DNA of 59,815 nt, filler included, from Squatina squatina (taxonomy: Eukaryota): the NCBI GenBank assembly GCA_031763465.1. It is 4 parts of 4 records of this genome, joined end to end, with 100 filler letters (N's around TTAATTAATTAA, not from the genome) between each part and the next. Parts side by side here need not be neighbours in the genome. Positions count along the whole stretch, not along the records: positions 34,090 to 46,648 come from JARFOE010000001.1; positions 46,749 to 59,815 come from JARFOE010000192.1; 2 more parts are not named here. One strand, written 5' to 3'. The number at the start of each line of letters is the position of its first letter. Position 1 is the stretch's first letter. This document shows positions 39,515 to 50,895 of this stretch, one piece after another. A model generated the notes under the pieces. It was given only the letters and a program-made list of their open reading frames with translations, was not told where the DNA came from and searched no databases. Made by a program: the position numbers and the translations under genes.

Positions 39515-39769
39515 TCCTCCTGCGCTATGTGGGAATTCAAGGACACTTCCAATGTCCCTGATGACCATGTGTGCAGGAAGTGTATCCAGCTGCAGCTACT
39601 GGCTCACCGCATTGTGGAGCTGGAGCTGCAGATGGATTCATTGTGGAGCATCCGCGATGCTGAGAAGTACGTGGATAACACGTTTAGTGAGCTGGTCACA
39701 CCAGAGGTAAAGAGTGCACAGGCAGGAAGGGAATGGGTGACCGCCAGGCACAGTAGAAGAAGGCAGGTA
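39515..39769 (+). mobile_element. CR1 ORF1 fragment (Cys cluster and leucine zipper)
   Basis: SSCAMWEFKDTSNVPDDHVCRKCIQLQLLAHRIVELELQMDSLWSIRDAE..., typical of CR1 ORF1. Confidence 0.8.
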
Positions 39770-40137
39770 NNNNNNNNNNNNNNNNNNNNNNNNNNNNNNN
39801 NNNNNNNNNNNNNNNNNNNNNNNNNNNNNNNNNNNNNNNNNNNNNNNNNNNNNNNNNNNNNNNNNNNNNACTCCTCCTCAGATCTTTCCAAATCGTTACT
39901 AAAGCAAGTTTCACAATCCACATCCCAAACATACATTAAGCATTCATGGACGGTATCCAGGGTGTCTCCATTAACAAAACACTCAAACCCAAAAACGCAT
40001 TGTGCAATATTACTGATGAAAACCTCAGCATGCTTGTGTGAAAGATTCTGTCGAGTATTTTAAAGAAGGCACCTCAGGGCTGATTGGGAGAGGTGGGGAG
40101 GGGGGCGGAAAAGAGGCTGGAGGCAGGGGTTGGGAGG

Positions 40138-40522
40138 GACTTGCATTTATACAGTGTGTTCCATTATCTCGGAATGTCCTAAAGAGCTTTACAGCCAATG
40201 AAATATTGTTAAGTGTGATGATGCCCAGATCATCTTTTTATTTTGGAGTGATGTTGGTTGAGGGATGAATATTGGCCAAGGCACCAGAAGAATTCTCCTG
40301 CTCTTCTTCGAATAGTGCCATGGATCTTTTTCATCCACCTGAGAGGGCAGACAGGGTCTCGGATTAATGTCTCATCGGACAAACGGCACTTCCGACAGTG
40401 CAGCACTTCCTCAGCACTGCACTGGAGTTTCATCCTGTATTTTGCCCTCATCTTTGTACAGGGGCTTCAATCCACGACCTTCTGACACAGGCGAGAGTGC
40501 TACCCACTGAGCCAAGGCTGAC
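40138..40522 (-). mobile_element. Deu-domain SINE (SacSINE/AmnSINE-like)
   Basis: Reverse-complement copy of 41272-41700, with CAGTGCTGAGGAAGTGCTGCACTGTCGGA...GGCCAATATT core and an L2-like tail. Confidence 0.75.
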
Positions 40523-41271
40523 ACAGTATCACAAGATAGATTTGTATGAGGAAGCCCATTCAGTGCATTTCACGTAACCAATCGGGAATTCCCCTACAGT
40601 TTGTTCCTCACTACATTCAGCTGTTCCTTAAATGATTCCAGGTTTGTAGTCTCCACTATTGTACCCAGAAGTCCATTCCATGTGTTGATCGATCTCTGTG
40701 TGAAGAACTTCCTTTGCCTTTGAACCTGTGTGGTCTTGTCCTGTGGTCATGATTTAGTTTGAAGTAGTGTTCTGGATTTATACTGTCTGGGAACTTTTGT
40801 AGGTAACCATTTTCCAAATGCGTTCATGGACATCAGAGCCCTGAAATTCCACAGACGTTCTCCCGGTTTCCTGCTGTAACTCAGCGGGAGACCGGCATAA
40901 CCCCTCCCCTCCCCATCCCCCGCAAAAACTGGCGGAGACCTGACGTAACCAGAATTTCAGAGTCTGAGTGTGGGGTGAGCGGGGTGGGAAGGAAGGAAAG
41001 TGTTATAGCCAAGATCCACATATGTGCACATTCCAGTAGGAGTTACTAGCTGATGACAAGGAGTGATAGACCTACCTCGTCTTTCCTTGCATTGAGTAAA
41101 GTCATGGCTCTGAGTGAGCTTGCCTACCTCAAAACAGCCCAGGAATTGAACCCGGAGCCTTCCTACTCTGTATGTCTCAATGCATTTATTCATTGAAACC
41201 TCAGGAGGCATAGCATCAAGATCCAGAACTGTTGTGTGGTTTGTGTATGATACTTACATTTTTCTCCCATT

Positions 41272-41700
41272 AGTGGCACAGTGTGTAGCCCACTCACCTT
41301 CTAAGGTCAGAAGGTTCAGCACAAAAATCGAGGCTGACGCTCTAATGCAGTGCTGAGGGGAGTGCTGCACTGTCAGAAGTACCGTCTTTTGGATGGGATG
41401 TTAACCGAGGCCCCGTCTGCTCTCTCAGGTGAACGTGAATGATCCCATAGCACTGTTTCAAAGAAGAGCAGGGGAGTTATCCCCAGTGTCCTGGCCAATA
41501 TTTATCCCTCAATCAATATATCAAAAACAGATTATCTGGTCATTATCACATTGCTGTTTGTGGGACCTTGCTGTACGCAACTTGGCTGCCATGTTTCCTA
41601 CATTACAACAGTGATTACACTCCAAAAGTACTTCAGTGGCTGTAAAGCACTTTGAGATGTCCGGTGGTCATGAAAGGTGCTATATAAATACAGGTCTTTC
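41272..41700 (+). mobile_element. Deu-domain SINE (SacSINE/AmnSINE-like)
   Basis: Degenerate tRNA-like head, Deu core (GCAGTGCTGAGGGAGTGCTGCACTGTCAGA...CCTGGCCAATATTTATCCCTCAA) and an L2-type 3' end (GTAAAGCACTTTGAGATG...GCTATATAAATACAGG). Confidence 0.8.
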
Positions 41701-43446
41701 TTTTATAACCAAAGAGCAAAATAAAATTCAGCATCGACTATTTTAAAAAGGCAATGATAGATAGCTCCTGATCAGTAAACAAAAAATCAACGATTCAGTG
41801 ACAGCCATCAGACATGGCTCAAGGGAGAATAGCACATAGCATCTGGCTCACTCAGTATCAGCCTCCTTGGCTGTATCGATAATACTAACATATTCCTCCC
41901 ACAATTTCTTAGCATGAAATGTGCCCTATCTGCCTTGCCAATTTCGGAATTGCCCCATTTGTCCCCCCACACACCACCATTGTTTTGTTCATGTTTATGT
42001 TTGCATCTCTGGTTTAAACTGCTAATTAATCTTCAGAAATTTAACAATGCTGAAGGCTGTCACTTAAAATAACCGGATTCTTTGACAAAAATTGAAGGAT
42101 GGCATTGCTCAGTAGCAAATCCAAATGAGCATGCCCACTTATTTTTTTTTATAGTAGATTGGTGCTGATTGAGAGCAGATGGTTGTTCTCAGCTAACCTA
42201 CGGCAAAATTGGATGGCATTGTTTTCCAATGCAAATAGCAGCTCCCAGTTGACGATATTGTAATTCATAGTTTGCAGGTGGTTAATCCCAATTTATTATT
42301 AATGTATTTCGAGGCCCAAATTGATTTGTCTTCACGTCTTCACCTTTGCACTTGCTGTTCCTAGGATAATTCACCTAGGAGGCAGATCGAAAATGTTAAC
42401 TTTGAAATGAGATATAAGGTCATATATGCTTCTGCTAAGAGTTCCCCAGCATTATGTAACTTGTCTCCCAATAAATACTAAATGCTAAAAAATACAAATT
42501 TATCAAAACTGATACCTTTTATCTTAAGGATTGCTGTATCAGTTTTTATAAACTAAATTAGTCACCTTGGGGGAATAGGTTAATAAAGAAAATACATTCA
42601 GAATACTAACATGAGGGTTACAAATTGTGAATGGGATCATATTCAAAATTAATTTGTTTTTATTTTTAGATTAAGGTTAAGGACAAAGACAAAAGCCTGG
42701 CACTTTGGTTGGTGCTACCCAGTCATTCAAACATGCATAGCTAGGAATTTGGAGGTAAAGGGGAAATAATATAATTCAAGTTGTTATACACAATACTCAA
42801 AGGGTTCTAAATCAAAATGTGAGAACTTAAAGATGCTCTGGTGGTACAGCTGCTACCTCTAATAAGGCCATTTTGTCAGGAGTCATCAAATTACCAAGAA
42901 CACGACAACGTTTTTTCATAGTTATGGACCTGCATCATATTTTTATGACTTGTTATATTTATCGAAAGACTGAACCGCTTGATATCATATTTCACCCATG
43001 CTAAACCATTAAATTGTCTGCCCTCTGCAGTCTCCAATAATATTTTATTTCAGGTTCATGCATTAAATACCACAAGATGATTTCTCTTTGCATGAACTAA
43101 AATCTGCACAAACTGCCAGATTTTATTGAACAAATGTGGATACAGTATAGAGAGAGAGAGAGAGAGAAATTTTTACTTTTGTTTAAAAGGTGGCTAAGCC
43201 GATATGGCGCGCTTTACACTATCGTCAAAAGTCAAAATTACCTGGAGACAGAGAATGAGAATAAACAAAAAGTCAATGTTACCTTGGTCATCTTAATTAT
43301 TGGTGAGATTTTGTAACATTGAAAATTTCAACATGTTGTTGCCAACNNNNNNNNNNNNNNNNNNNNNNNNNNNNNNNNNNNNNNNNNNNNNNNNNNNNNN
43401 NNNNNNNNNNNNNNNNNNNNNNNNNNNNNNNNNNNNNNNNNNNNNN

Positions 43447-43886
43447 GGACCGTTACGGCTGCGCGGGGGGCCAAGAATCTACCCTCCTATTTCTCATCTA
43501 CATGCCACCTCTCGACGACATCATCCGAAAACACGATAACAGGTTCCACACGTATGCTGACGACATCCAACTCTACCTAACCAGCATCTCTCTCTATTGC
43601 CTGATTTGTCATGTGGCTCTACTGCCTGTATCCTATCTGGTTCTAAGTCCCATTCACACATCACCCCTATGCTCGCTGCCTAGGCTCTAAGCTCTGGAAT
43701 TCCCTCAATACATCTCTCTCTTCCTTTAAGATGCTCCTTAAAACCTACCTCTTTGACAAATTTTTGAACACCTTTCCTAATATCTCATGTGGCTCGGTGT
43801 CAAATTTTGTTTGATAATGCTCCTGTGAAATGCCTTGGGACATTTTACTATGTTAAAGGCACTATGTAATTGCAAGTTGTTGTTGT
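43447..43886 (+). mobile_element. L2 LINE RT fragment plus 3' end (internally deleted)
   Basis: LLFLIYMPPLDDIIRKHDNRFHTYADDIQLYL (YADD motif), then an L2 3' UTR ending GCAAGTTGTTGTTG. Confidence 0.8.
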
Positions 43887-45275
43887 TCTGTGACTTCATG
43901 TTCACTTCAATTCCAATTTGAATATCGCATTGTGCAAACAAAACTGACTTACTCGCTTCCAATACCTTGCTTTGGGTGAAGGTAGAAGAGGAGAAAATCT
44001 TGATTGATGCAACTGTTATACCTGATACCATTATATAACAGATATATTGATCTGCATTTTCTATTTATAATATACATTTAAAAACTCTAAAATGATGTGA
44101 TTAACTGGATACATTTTCTATGCCCAAATCAGTGGCCTGAGATTATTTTTCTAACAGTAGAGTGTTTTTAATGATCTGTAATTCTGTTCATTTTCTCTCT
44201 ATTGGAAGTCTTCACTTTTGTTTTTTTTTTGAGGGGGGGGAGGGAGAGACTGCAGTGGGTAGGGCTCAAGAACTTTGCTCCTATTTTCCACAAATCTTCA
44301 CACAAATGCCTTTGCAGACCTCCCACTGAGATTTAATAGAAGGAACAGGAACATTTTCTTAAAGGGTTCTGGAATATGCATTATAGTCACAGTACTAAAA
44401 GCCTAAAAACCTGAATATGCTTTATATTTAGATAAATTATCTGATCCTGGAAAAATGCCATGTGTTTCAAATTTTAAAAAAATGAATGAGTAGTTATTTT
44501 ATGATTTAAAAAAATTCAAGTAACAATGGGACTCTGGTAAATTTATATTATTGATATTTAGGGAAATATTTCAAGTTAAGATAGCTTTCATCAAAAACAA
44601 GCAACACAAAGAAAAGAACAATTAATTTGCATTTGTTAAAAGGCACTACCATTAGAACATTCAGATAGGTTCAAACAAAGGTTATATCCCAGTACAGCAA
44701 TGTAAGGATTAGGCCTTTGCTTTGATNNNNNNNNNNNNNNNNNNNNNNNNNNNNNNNNNNNNNNNNNNNNNNNNNNNNNNNNNNNNNNNNNNNNNNNNNN
44801 NNNNNNNNNNNNNNNNNNNNNNNNNNACAATTGTTAATTAGCCCAGCAATGAACATTCCAAAAACCTTATCATTTTTGCTAATTAAGAAAATGCACTTTT
44901 GGTGTTCGTGTTTACATTTCCTTTATTATTTGAGATACTTCAAAGTGTAGAGATTGAGTACAAATCATGGATTAAAGTGATGACAGCTGGTGAACGGTGT
45001 CACAGATGGTGTGTATAACTGCATAAAATAACAGCCAGCTACCTAAAAAATGGAAAAATGTACAGTTGATTTGGTAGCAGGCACATATTGGAGCTCCCAA
45101 TTTAATGCTGCAAGATCAATCCTTCTGGCCAATTCATCGTGTGGTTATATATAATGGATGTCAGCAGAAATGCAAATTTACCCATTAATGCCGCTCATCT
45201 TGTGATGGTCCTCACGTGCACTCCTAAAACAGGCTCTTCTCACCACTTTTCATTAGAGGTGGATGTTCGGAACAT

Positions 45276-45496
45276 TTAAGAAAGGTCTGAAATCACCTCA
45301 TTAACTGTAAGGTCGCTTAGTTCATCCAGACTAATGTACTTGTGATGGATCTTCTCCTCCGTCACTGCCACTACCCGCACACCATGCTTGTCCTCTCCCA
45401 GCTGGCAGCCTATAGCCGAAGTCACCACCATATCCAGATTGTTGAACATTCCACCGGCGTTCCGATGGTAGTGGCCGGAGAAGACCGCTTTTACTC
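45276..45496 (-). CDS. CPPED1: Calcineurin-like phosphoesterase domain-containing 1, terminal exon
   Basis: ttttccccag|GA GTA...TAA. Translates to [73 protein letters not shown], with the metallophosphatase GHxH motif. The ORF track lists only a different frame here. Confidence 0.92.
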
Positions 45497-46692
45497 CTGG
45501 GGAAAAAAATCAAAATAATCAATCAGTCCACTGTGCAGGAAGGTCTTTTGAAATGAAAAAGATCACAGAAGATTCATCCTGGTGTCCATTACCCTTACAT
45601 AAACTGGATATTCTGCACACATGGAAATACACTGGGTATGTCAGAGAAACCGACCCATTGTTGTGCTGCATCCATATGCAATTTAATTCTGTGATTAAAA
45701 CTTACACTGAATGTAAGTGCATGAAAACACAAGAACAGTGAAATCTTCAGGTTGTTGACATTAAAAGCTTGTGTTTTTAATCGTGGTTTTGGACTGCTGT
45801 ATCCGTTGAATAGAAAAATATATTTGAGTTGAAATATACAGCTGAATCCTGTTAATGTGAATACCCTGGAGGAGATTAAAATGTTCCATTTATCACTTCA
45901 TCCTCACTAGACAAAGCACATTTACACAACACAGATTTGGAATCAATTCGTAAATAAGAACATTTTACTGTTCTTTTCGTGAAGCATTTTCTTTATAATT
46001 TCACTGAATCTGTTTCCAGAGGACAGCCTACCAGGTTCCACAAAAAACAGTGTCTGAATGCTGGGAGGTGGGGAAGCGCCTACCTTTTCCTCTTGGTCCC
46101 ATGGACAAGATTAGAGTTGCCGTGATGTGAACTGAGATTTGAATCCCATATATTCCTCATTCACCATACTGCACAATTAGAGTTTCAACTGCCTACACTT
46201 TTGTGGAGTTAATTATAGCCTAAAGCTCAGTTAAATGGAATTTATTTCTTAAATATGAAGCCTTCTCCTCAGTTGGTTAGTGGCAATTCCCATGTTATAA
46301 CCAGGTATGCAATTTCCAGTCACTGGAACATCATCAATGGTATTTAAAAGAAAATCAAGCTGAATGGAACATATCCGAGACAGTGCATATTTTGTTAGAT
46401 GTCGCGCTTTGATTTTATAGTCCAGTGGCCTGAGACCTGCTGGATAACAACAAGTATTTATAAAGTGCCTTTAATATAATAAAATGTCTCAAAGTGCTTC
46501 ACAGGAGTATTATAAGACAAAAAAGATGACATCAAGCCACATAAGGAGAAATTAGAGTGGTTAAATACAATTTATGTCTTAAATATGAAGCCTTATCATC
46601 AGTTGGTTAGTGGTAATTCCCATTTTATAACCATATATGTACTTTCCANNNNNNNNNNNNNNNNNNNNNNNNNNNNNNNNNNNNNNNNNNNN

Positions 46693-46704
46693 TTAATTAA
46701 TTAA
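46693..46704. other. Artificial scaffold-concatenation linker
   Basis: TTAATTAATTAA centred in a 100-nt N block (46649-46748). Confidence 0.95.
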
Positions 46705-47969
46705 NNNNNNNNNNNNNNNNNNNNNNNNNNNNNNNNNNNNNNNNNNNNCTGACATACTTTATGTTAGTAAACTTAAGAACTCAGCAGTGTATGTCAGAGT
46801 TATTAGTTTTCTGCTGTTATGCTCTTGTAATGGGAAAATGTTGCATCTTCTATTATATTGGATGTATATAGTGTTTTATTTTTGACCAGATAATTGTTCA
46901 TTCTACCTGCAGGTAGTTATTGTAGCTTTTAATCTTGCAGCAGTATCTTTAAATTTGATCTACCCTCGAATAATTAGCTGATTTTGAGAGTACGAGGAAA
47001 CATGGGGCAGACTCGTGGAAGGTTGAACAACATACAAATTTTTCTCCAAAGTGCAATTTCCAATTTCCACCTAGATGATCTATGTTTTTGGACATTCTAC
47101 ACATAAGACAATGGTAAATAAAGATCCAAAAATCTGCGCAGAGGTTCATCTGAGCACAAGTATTGAGATGTGCTCACCGGGAACCCCAACTGTTGATTCC
47201 CGTGTATCTTCTGGGGTCAGGGGGAAGAATTTTTATTTACCGCTGCAATGGTAGACACCCGCACCAGTATGTCTAAAGTACCCTTCACTTTAGCAAGGAG
47301 ACCAGAAAATCTGACAGAAATTCCTGGGCCTGGGGTGGCGAGGGTGGGGTGGGGGCGGCGTGGGGAGGTGATGGGGGCAGAGGCAGGCAATGCTGCAGGG
47401 TAGTGGAGGGAAAATGCTTTTTATAACAACAATGGTTCTGCTGACATGAATTCATTGCTGCTGAAGGTGTACATTAATAATGGACATATTTGTTGGAATG
47501 TTGGGTATTGCACAGTCAAACTGAGTGAATAATATAACAGAAAAGCTGGAATTCTCTCTAAACTTCCAAATTACTAAGTTGTCAAATGTGTTGGTTAAAA
47601 TGAAAGTGGTCAGGAACAGAGTTTTTTTATGTAGAATAGTCCACAGTGATTTTAACAGATAGCTATTCTCAGCAGGAACTAAACACAAACCTGTTTTGTT
47701 TCATTTAAGCAATGATTCAGCAGTCTATGAATGAGACTCTGCCAGCCACAAAAATACAGAGGAATATTCCAGCACTGAACTAGACACTCACAGAATTATC
47801 TATCTTCCCTGCTTTCAACATTTCGAGCATAGTATTAATGACTTAAAAGGGCACAAAAAGCAGCAATCATTACTGATAAATGGGCCACTGCATTTTAACC
47901 ATTTTTCCAGCTTAATTTTATTTTTTCTCCATTTGGTGAAATTACTAAATTGCCTGTTGACAGCAAACA

Positions 47970-48170
47970 TGCACTGCCACTTCAGCATGCTACTGGGCTG
48001 ATCTATCACATTTCGGCTTTCTTTGTATGCATGCTGTCCATTGTGTGTGTGGATTGCGCACTGGAGTCATAAGCCCTGTCATCAGCGGATAGCCCTTGCT
48101 GTCCAGTAGCCATCCTTTGGTTTGCCGTGATGGCTCAAATACTGATGGCACTGTGGACTGCTGCAGAATG
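47970..48170 (-). mobile_element. Harbinger (HARBI1-like) DDE transposase relic
   Basis: YILQQSTVPSVFEPSRQTKGWLLDSKGYPLMTGLMTPVRNP, then a frameshift, then GQHAYKES-RNVIDQ. This matches the WLLGD.GYP...LMTP...YN..H...R..IE signature, with catalytic residues decayed. Confidence 0.75.
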
Positions 48171-48291
48171 TAGGATGCCAGGCATTAAACCNNNNNNNNN
48201 NNNNNNNNNNNNNNNNNNNNNNNNNNNNNNNNNNNNNNNNNNNNNNNNNNNNNNNNNNNNNNNNNNNNNNNNNNNNNNNNNNNNNNNNNNN

Positions 48292-48442
48292 TTCCCCATT
48301 ATAAATTCCCACGTTTCTGACTGTAAGGGACCTACATTTGTCTTCAGTAATCTTTTTCTCTTCACATATCTATAGAAGATTTTACAGTCAGTTTTTATGC
48401 TCCCTGCAAGCTAACTCTCATACTCTATTTTCTCCTTCTTAA
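48292..48442 (-). mobile_element. 5'-truncated CR1 ORF2 fragment abutting a MALRD1-like exon
   Basis: IKKEKIEYES*LAGSIKTDCKIFYRYVKRKRLLKTNVGPLQSETWEFIMG, the typical CR1 K-x-FY-x-Y...VGPL region. Confidence 0.85.
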
Positions 48443-48519
48443 TAAATCCAGTTGTCCTCCTTGTTCCCAGTCACTGACCACATCAACAGGGGCATTCCGT
48501 GCTCTCCAACACTGTATAC
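48439..48519 (-). pseudogene. MALRD1: MALRD1-like MAM exon truncated by CR1, with premature stop
   Basis: ttccag|GTA TAC...TGG ATT TAT TAA gives VYSVGEHGMPLLMWSVTGNKEDNWIY*, a MAM W-x-x-x-G-N-x-x-x-x-W motif. The rest of the domain is replaced by CR1 sequence. Confidence 0.7.
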
Positions 48520-50317
48520 CTGGAAGAGAGAAATATTTCCCAAAACATTACCGAGCTGACAGAAAGCAGAATGGATCTTCTCATTTTTCATTTTTGGGTC
48601 ACTGGTTATAGTTTTTCTTGCTTTGGAGCTACTTGCTTCAGAAATAAGCTTTTCTGAAACATCAAAAGTCACATTTTATGGGAAGTGTCAACCTGGAAGT
48701 TGTGAATCTGAACACTTACCCGTTTTACTTTTGTGTCAGACCAACACGTATGAATGGACGGACTCCAAGAAAAGATAATACAATTGCTATGTATTGCTTT
48801 ATTGCTTATTTTAGGGAAGCCAACATTTCAAACAGATATTGTTTACTTTTAAACATTAATCCCAAGATTGCAAGAATCCGCTCCTGATAAGAGTCTCACT
48901 TGACACAAGCACAGATCAGTGAGCTGGCCAAGGAGCTTAGTGCATCCAATTTGTGGCACCCCAATATTTCAGTCATTAAAATCAATAGAAATAGAAATAG
49001 TTTACCTCATCACAAAAGAAAATCAGCCTGTGACTTATACGCAAGTAGGTTCTAAGGTCCAGAAAAATAGACTTCTGAATTTATTTTGAAATAAAATTTA
49101 CTGATATTAGGAACTTGAGACAGAGGGTAGTTTTTCTAGAGTTCTACAGTGCAGCCAGCACATATCGGAAAATTGCGGTTGATGCCCATGAATTTTTGAT
49201 ACACCTTGAAAGCAGACAAGGGGGGCCCAATTCGTTTGTGCGGAGTAGGGAGCAGTAGCTCTGAAAAAAAGGTCCCATTAGCACCGGCGCCGAGCTGCTG
49301 CTAAACACTGCCGCATTTCTGGCCACGACGCTGCTGAGCTGGATGACCACCTCATCTGTGGCACTGGAGGGGCGCTGTTTGCAATGCTACATGCAACTGG
49401 TCTGAAGGCTTCCTCACCTCCCTGGGCAATGTGGCCCTTAAAAACAATGGGGAGTTTGCCTTTCGATCTCTGCGCTGATCTATGTTGCAGCAGAGATGCA
49501 AACAGTGTGATGTCTGGTACAGGGCATGCCCATCGTGGCCAACACTTATGCCACCCTGCAATGGGTAATTCTTGGCTCTAGGGCGACCAATCAGTAATGA
49601 AAACGTCTGAAATGAAAAGCTGCCAAATTTGACCTCCGANNNNNNNNNNNNNNNNNNNNNNNNNNNNNNNNNNNNNNNNNNNNNNNNNNNNNNNNNNNNN
49701 NNNNNNNNNNNNNNNNNNNNNNNNNNNNNNNNNNNNNNNTGGGGGATTGGGGGGATAGGGGATGGAGGGGAAGGGGGATGGGAGCCTGGGGGAAGGGGAA
49801 TTGGGGGATGGAGGATGGAGGATGGAGGGGTATTGGGGGATGGGGGATGGATGGGGAATCACAGCCAAGTCTCACTCAACATCCATTTTCAGTCCTGGGT
49901 TACTAGATACGGAGATTTGTAATCCTGCTCTAGCTGTGATCAGTTGACTCAGTACAGACAAGGTACGAAATCTTTGATGTTCCCAGTTTGCAGAATCATG
50001 TGGTGCATTTACCTCATTAAAATGCTGGTCAGTGCCACAAAGTAGGAAAGCAGCCGGCAGCCTTGGATTAAGTCACAGCTACAGTAACAGTAAAATAGCC
50101 GTTACCAATCAGTAATGGCTAGGAAAAGTAAACATAATATACTTGGACATTGATTTGCTTTCATTTTAAGAAAAGGTTAATTGCAGAAAATTATACATGT
50201 GCTATAATGGATTATTCTTCACTTAAAGTGAGTGAATGGAAACAAATACTTTATTCCCTTAGAACTATAATTTGCTCTGAAACACTCTTCTGTGGTTGAT
50301 AAAGCATGTTTATTTAC

Positions 50318-50482
50318 CAGGTGTGTGATCAGTTACCGGGCCAATTCCTGCAGTGATGCTTTTGTTTCCTATAGTCCAGTCAAAGTCGTCATCTTTGTTT
50401 TGCATTAAGCTACAGTTAGTGAACCACGACCTTTCTGTTGGACCATCAAAGCTGCAGCTTCCTGGAATGTTAACAAATTGTG
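50318..50482 (-). CDS. MALRD1: MALRD1-like exon (start of a MAM domain)
   Basis: ttcag|CA...CCTG|gtaaat, 165 nt, phase 1/1. Translates to QFVNIPGSCSFDGPTERSWFTNCSLMQNKDDDFDWTIGNKSITAGIGPVTDHTP. Confidence 0.85.
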
Positions 50483-50649
50483 CTGAAGAAACACAAACAA
50501 AAACTTATTTTAATGTAGAATTGACACCAAACCATTTAAAACGAATGTANNNNNNNNNNNNNNNNNNNNNNNNNNNNNNNNNNNNNNNNNNNNNNNNNNN
50601 NNNNNNNNNNNNNNNNNNNNNNNNNNNNNNNNNNNNNNNNNNNNNNNNN

Positions 50650-50895
50650 CTCTCTGCCTCCCTCTCCACCTCTCTCTCCTCCTCTCTCTCTGCCTCTCTC
50701 TCCTCCTCTCTCTCCGCCTCTCTCTCCTCCTCTCTCTCCTCCTTAAAACCCACCTCTTTGACAGAGCTTTTGGTCACCTGCCGTAGCTTCTCCTTATGTG
50801 GCTCGGTGACAAATCTTTGTCTCATAAACACTCCCGTGAAGCACCTTGGGGCATTTTACTAGGTTAAAGGTGCTATATCACTGCAAGTTGTTGTT
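50650..50895 (+). mobile_element. L2 3' end with CT-rich 12/24-bp tandem expansion
   Basis: (CTCTCTCCTCCT/CTCTCTCCGCCT)n at 50650-50742, then CCTTAAAACCCACCTCTTTGAC...GCAAGTTGTTGTT. Confidence 0.7.

Noticed and set aside
41272-41330. tRNA gene
   Set aside because: It is only the degenerate tRNA-derived head of a SINE, with no cloverleaf or intact B box.
50505-50831. EEEREAER coiled-coil-like ORF
   Set aside because: It is the translation of a CT-rich tandem expansion in an L2 tail.
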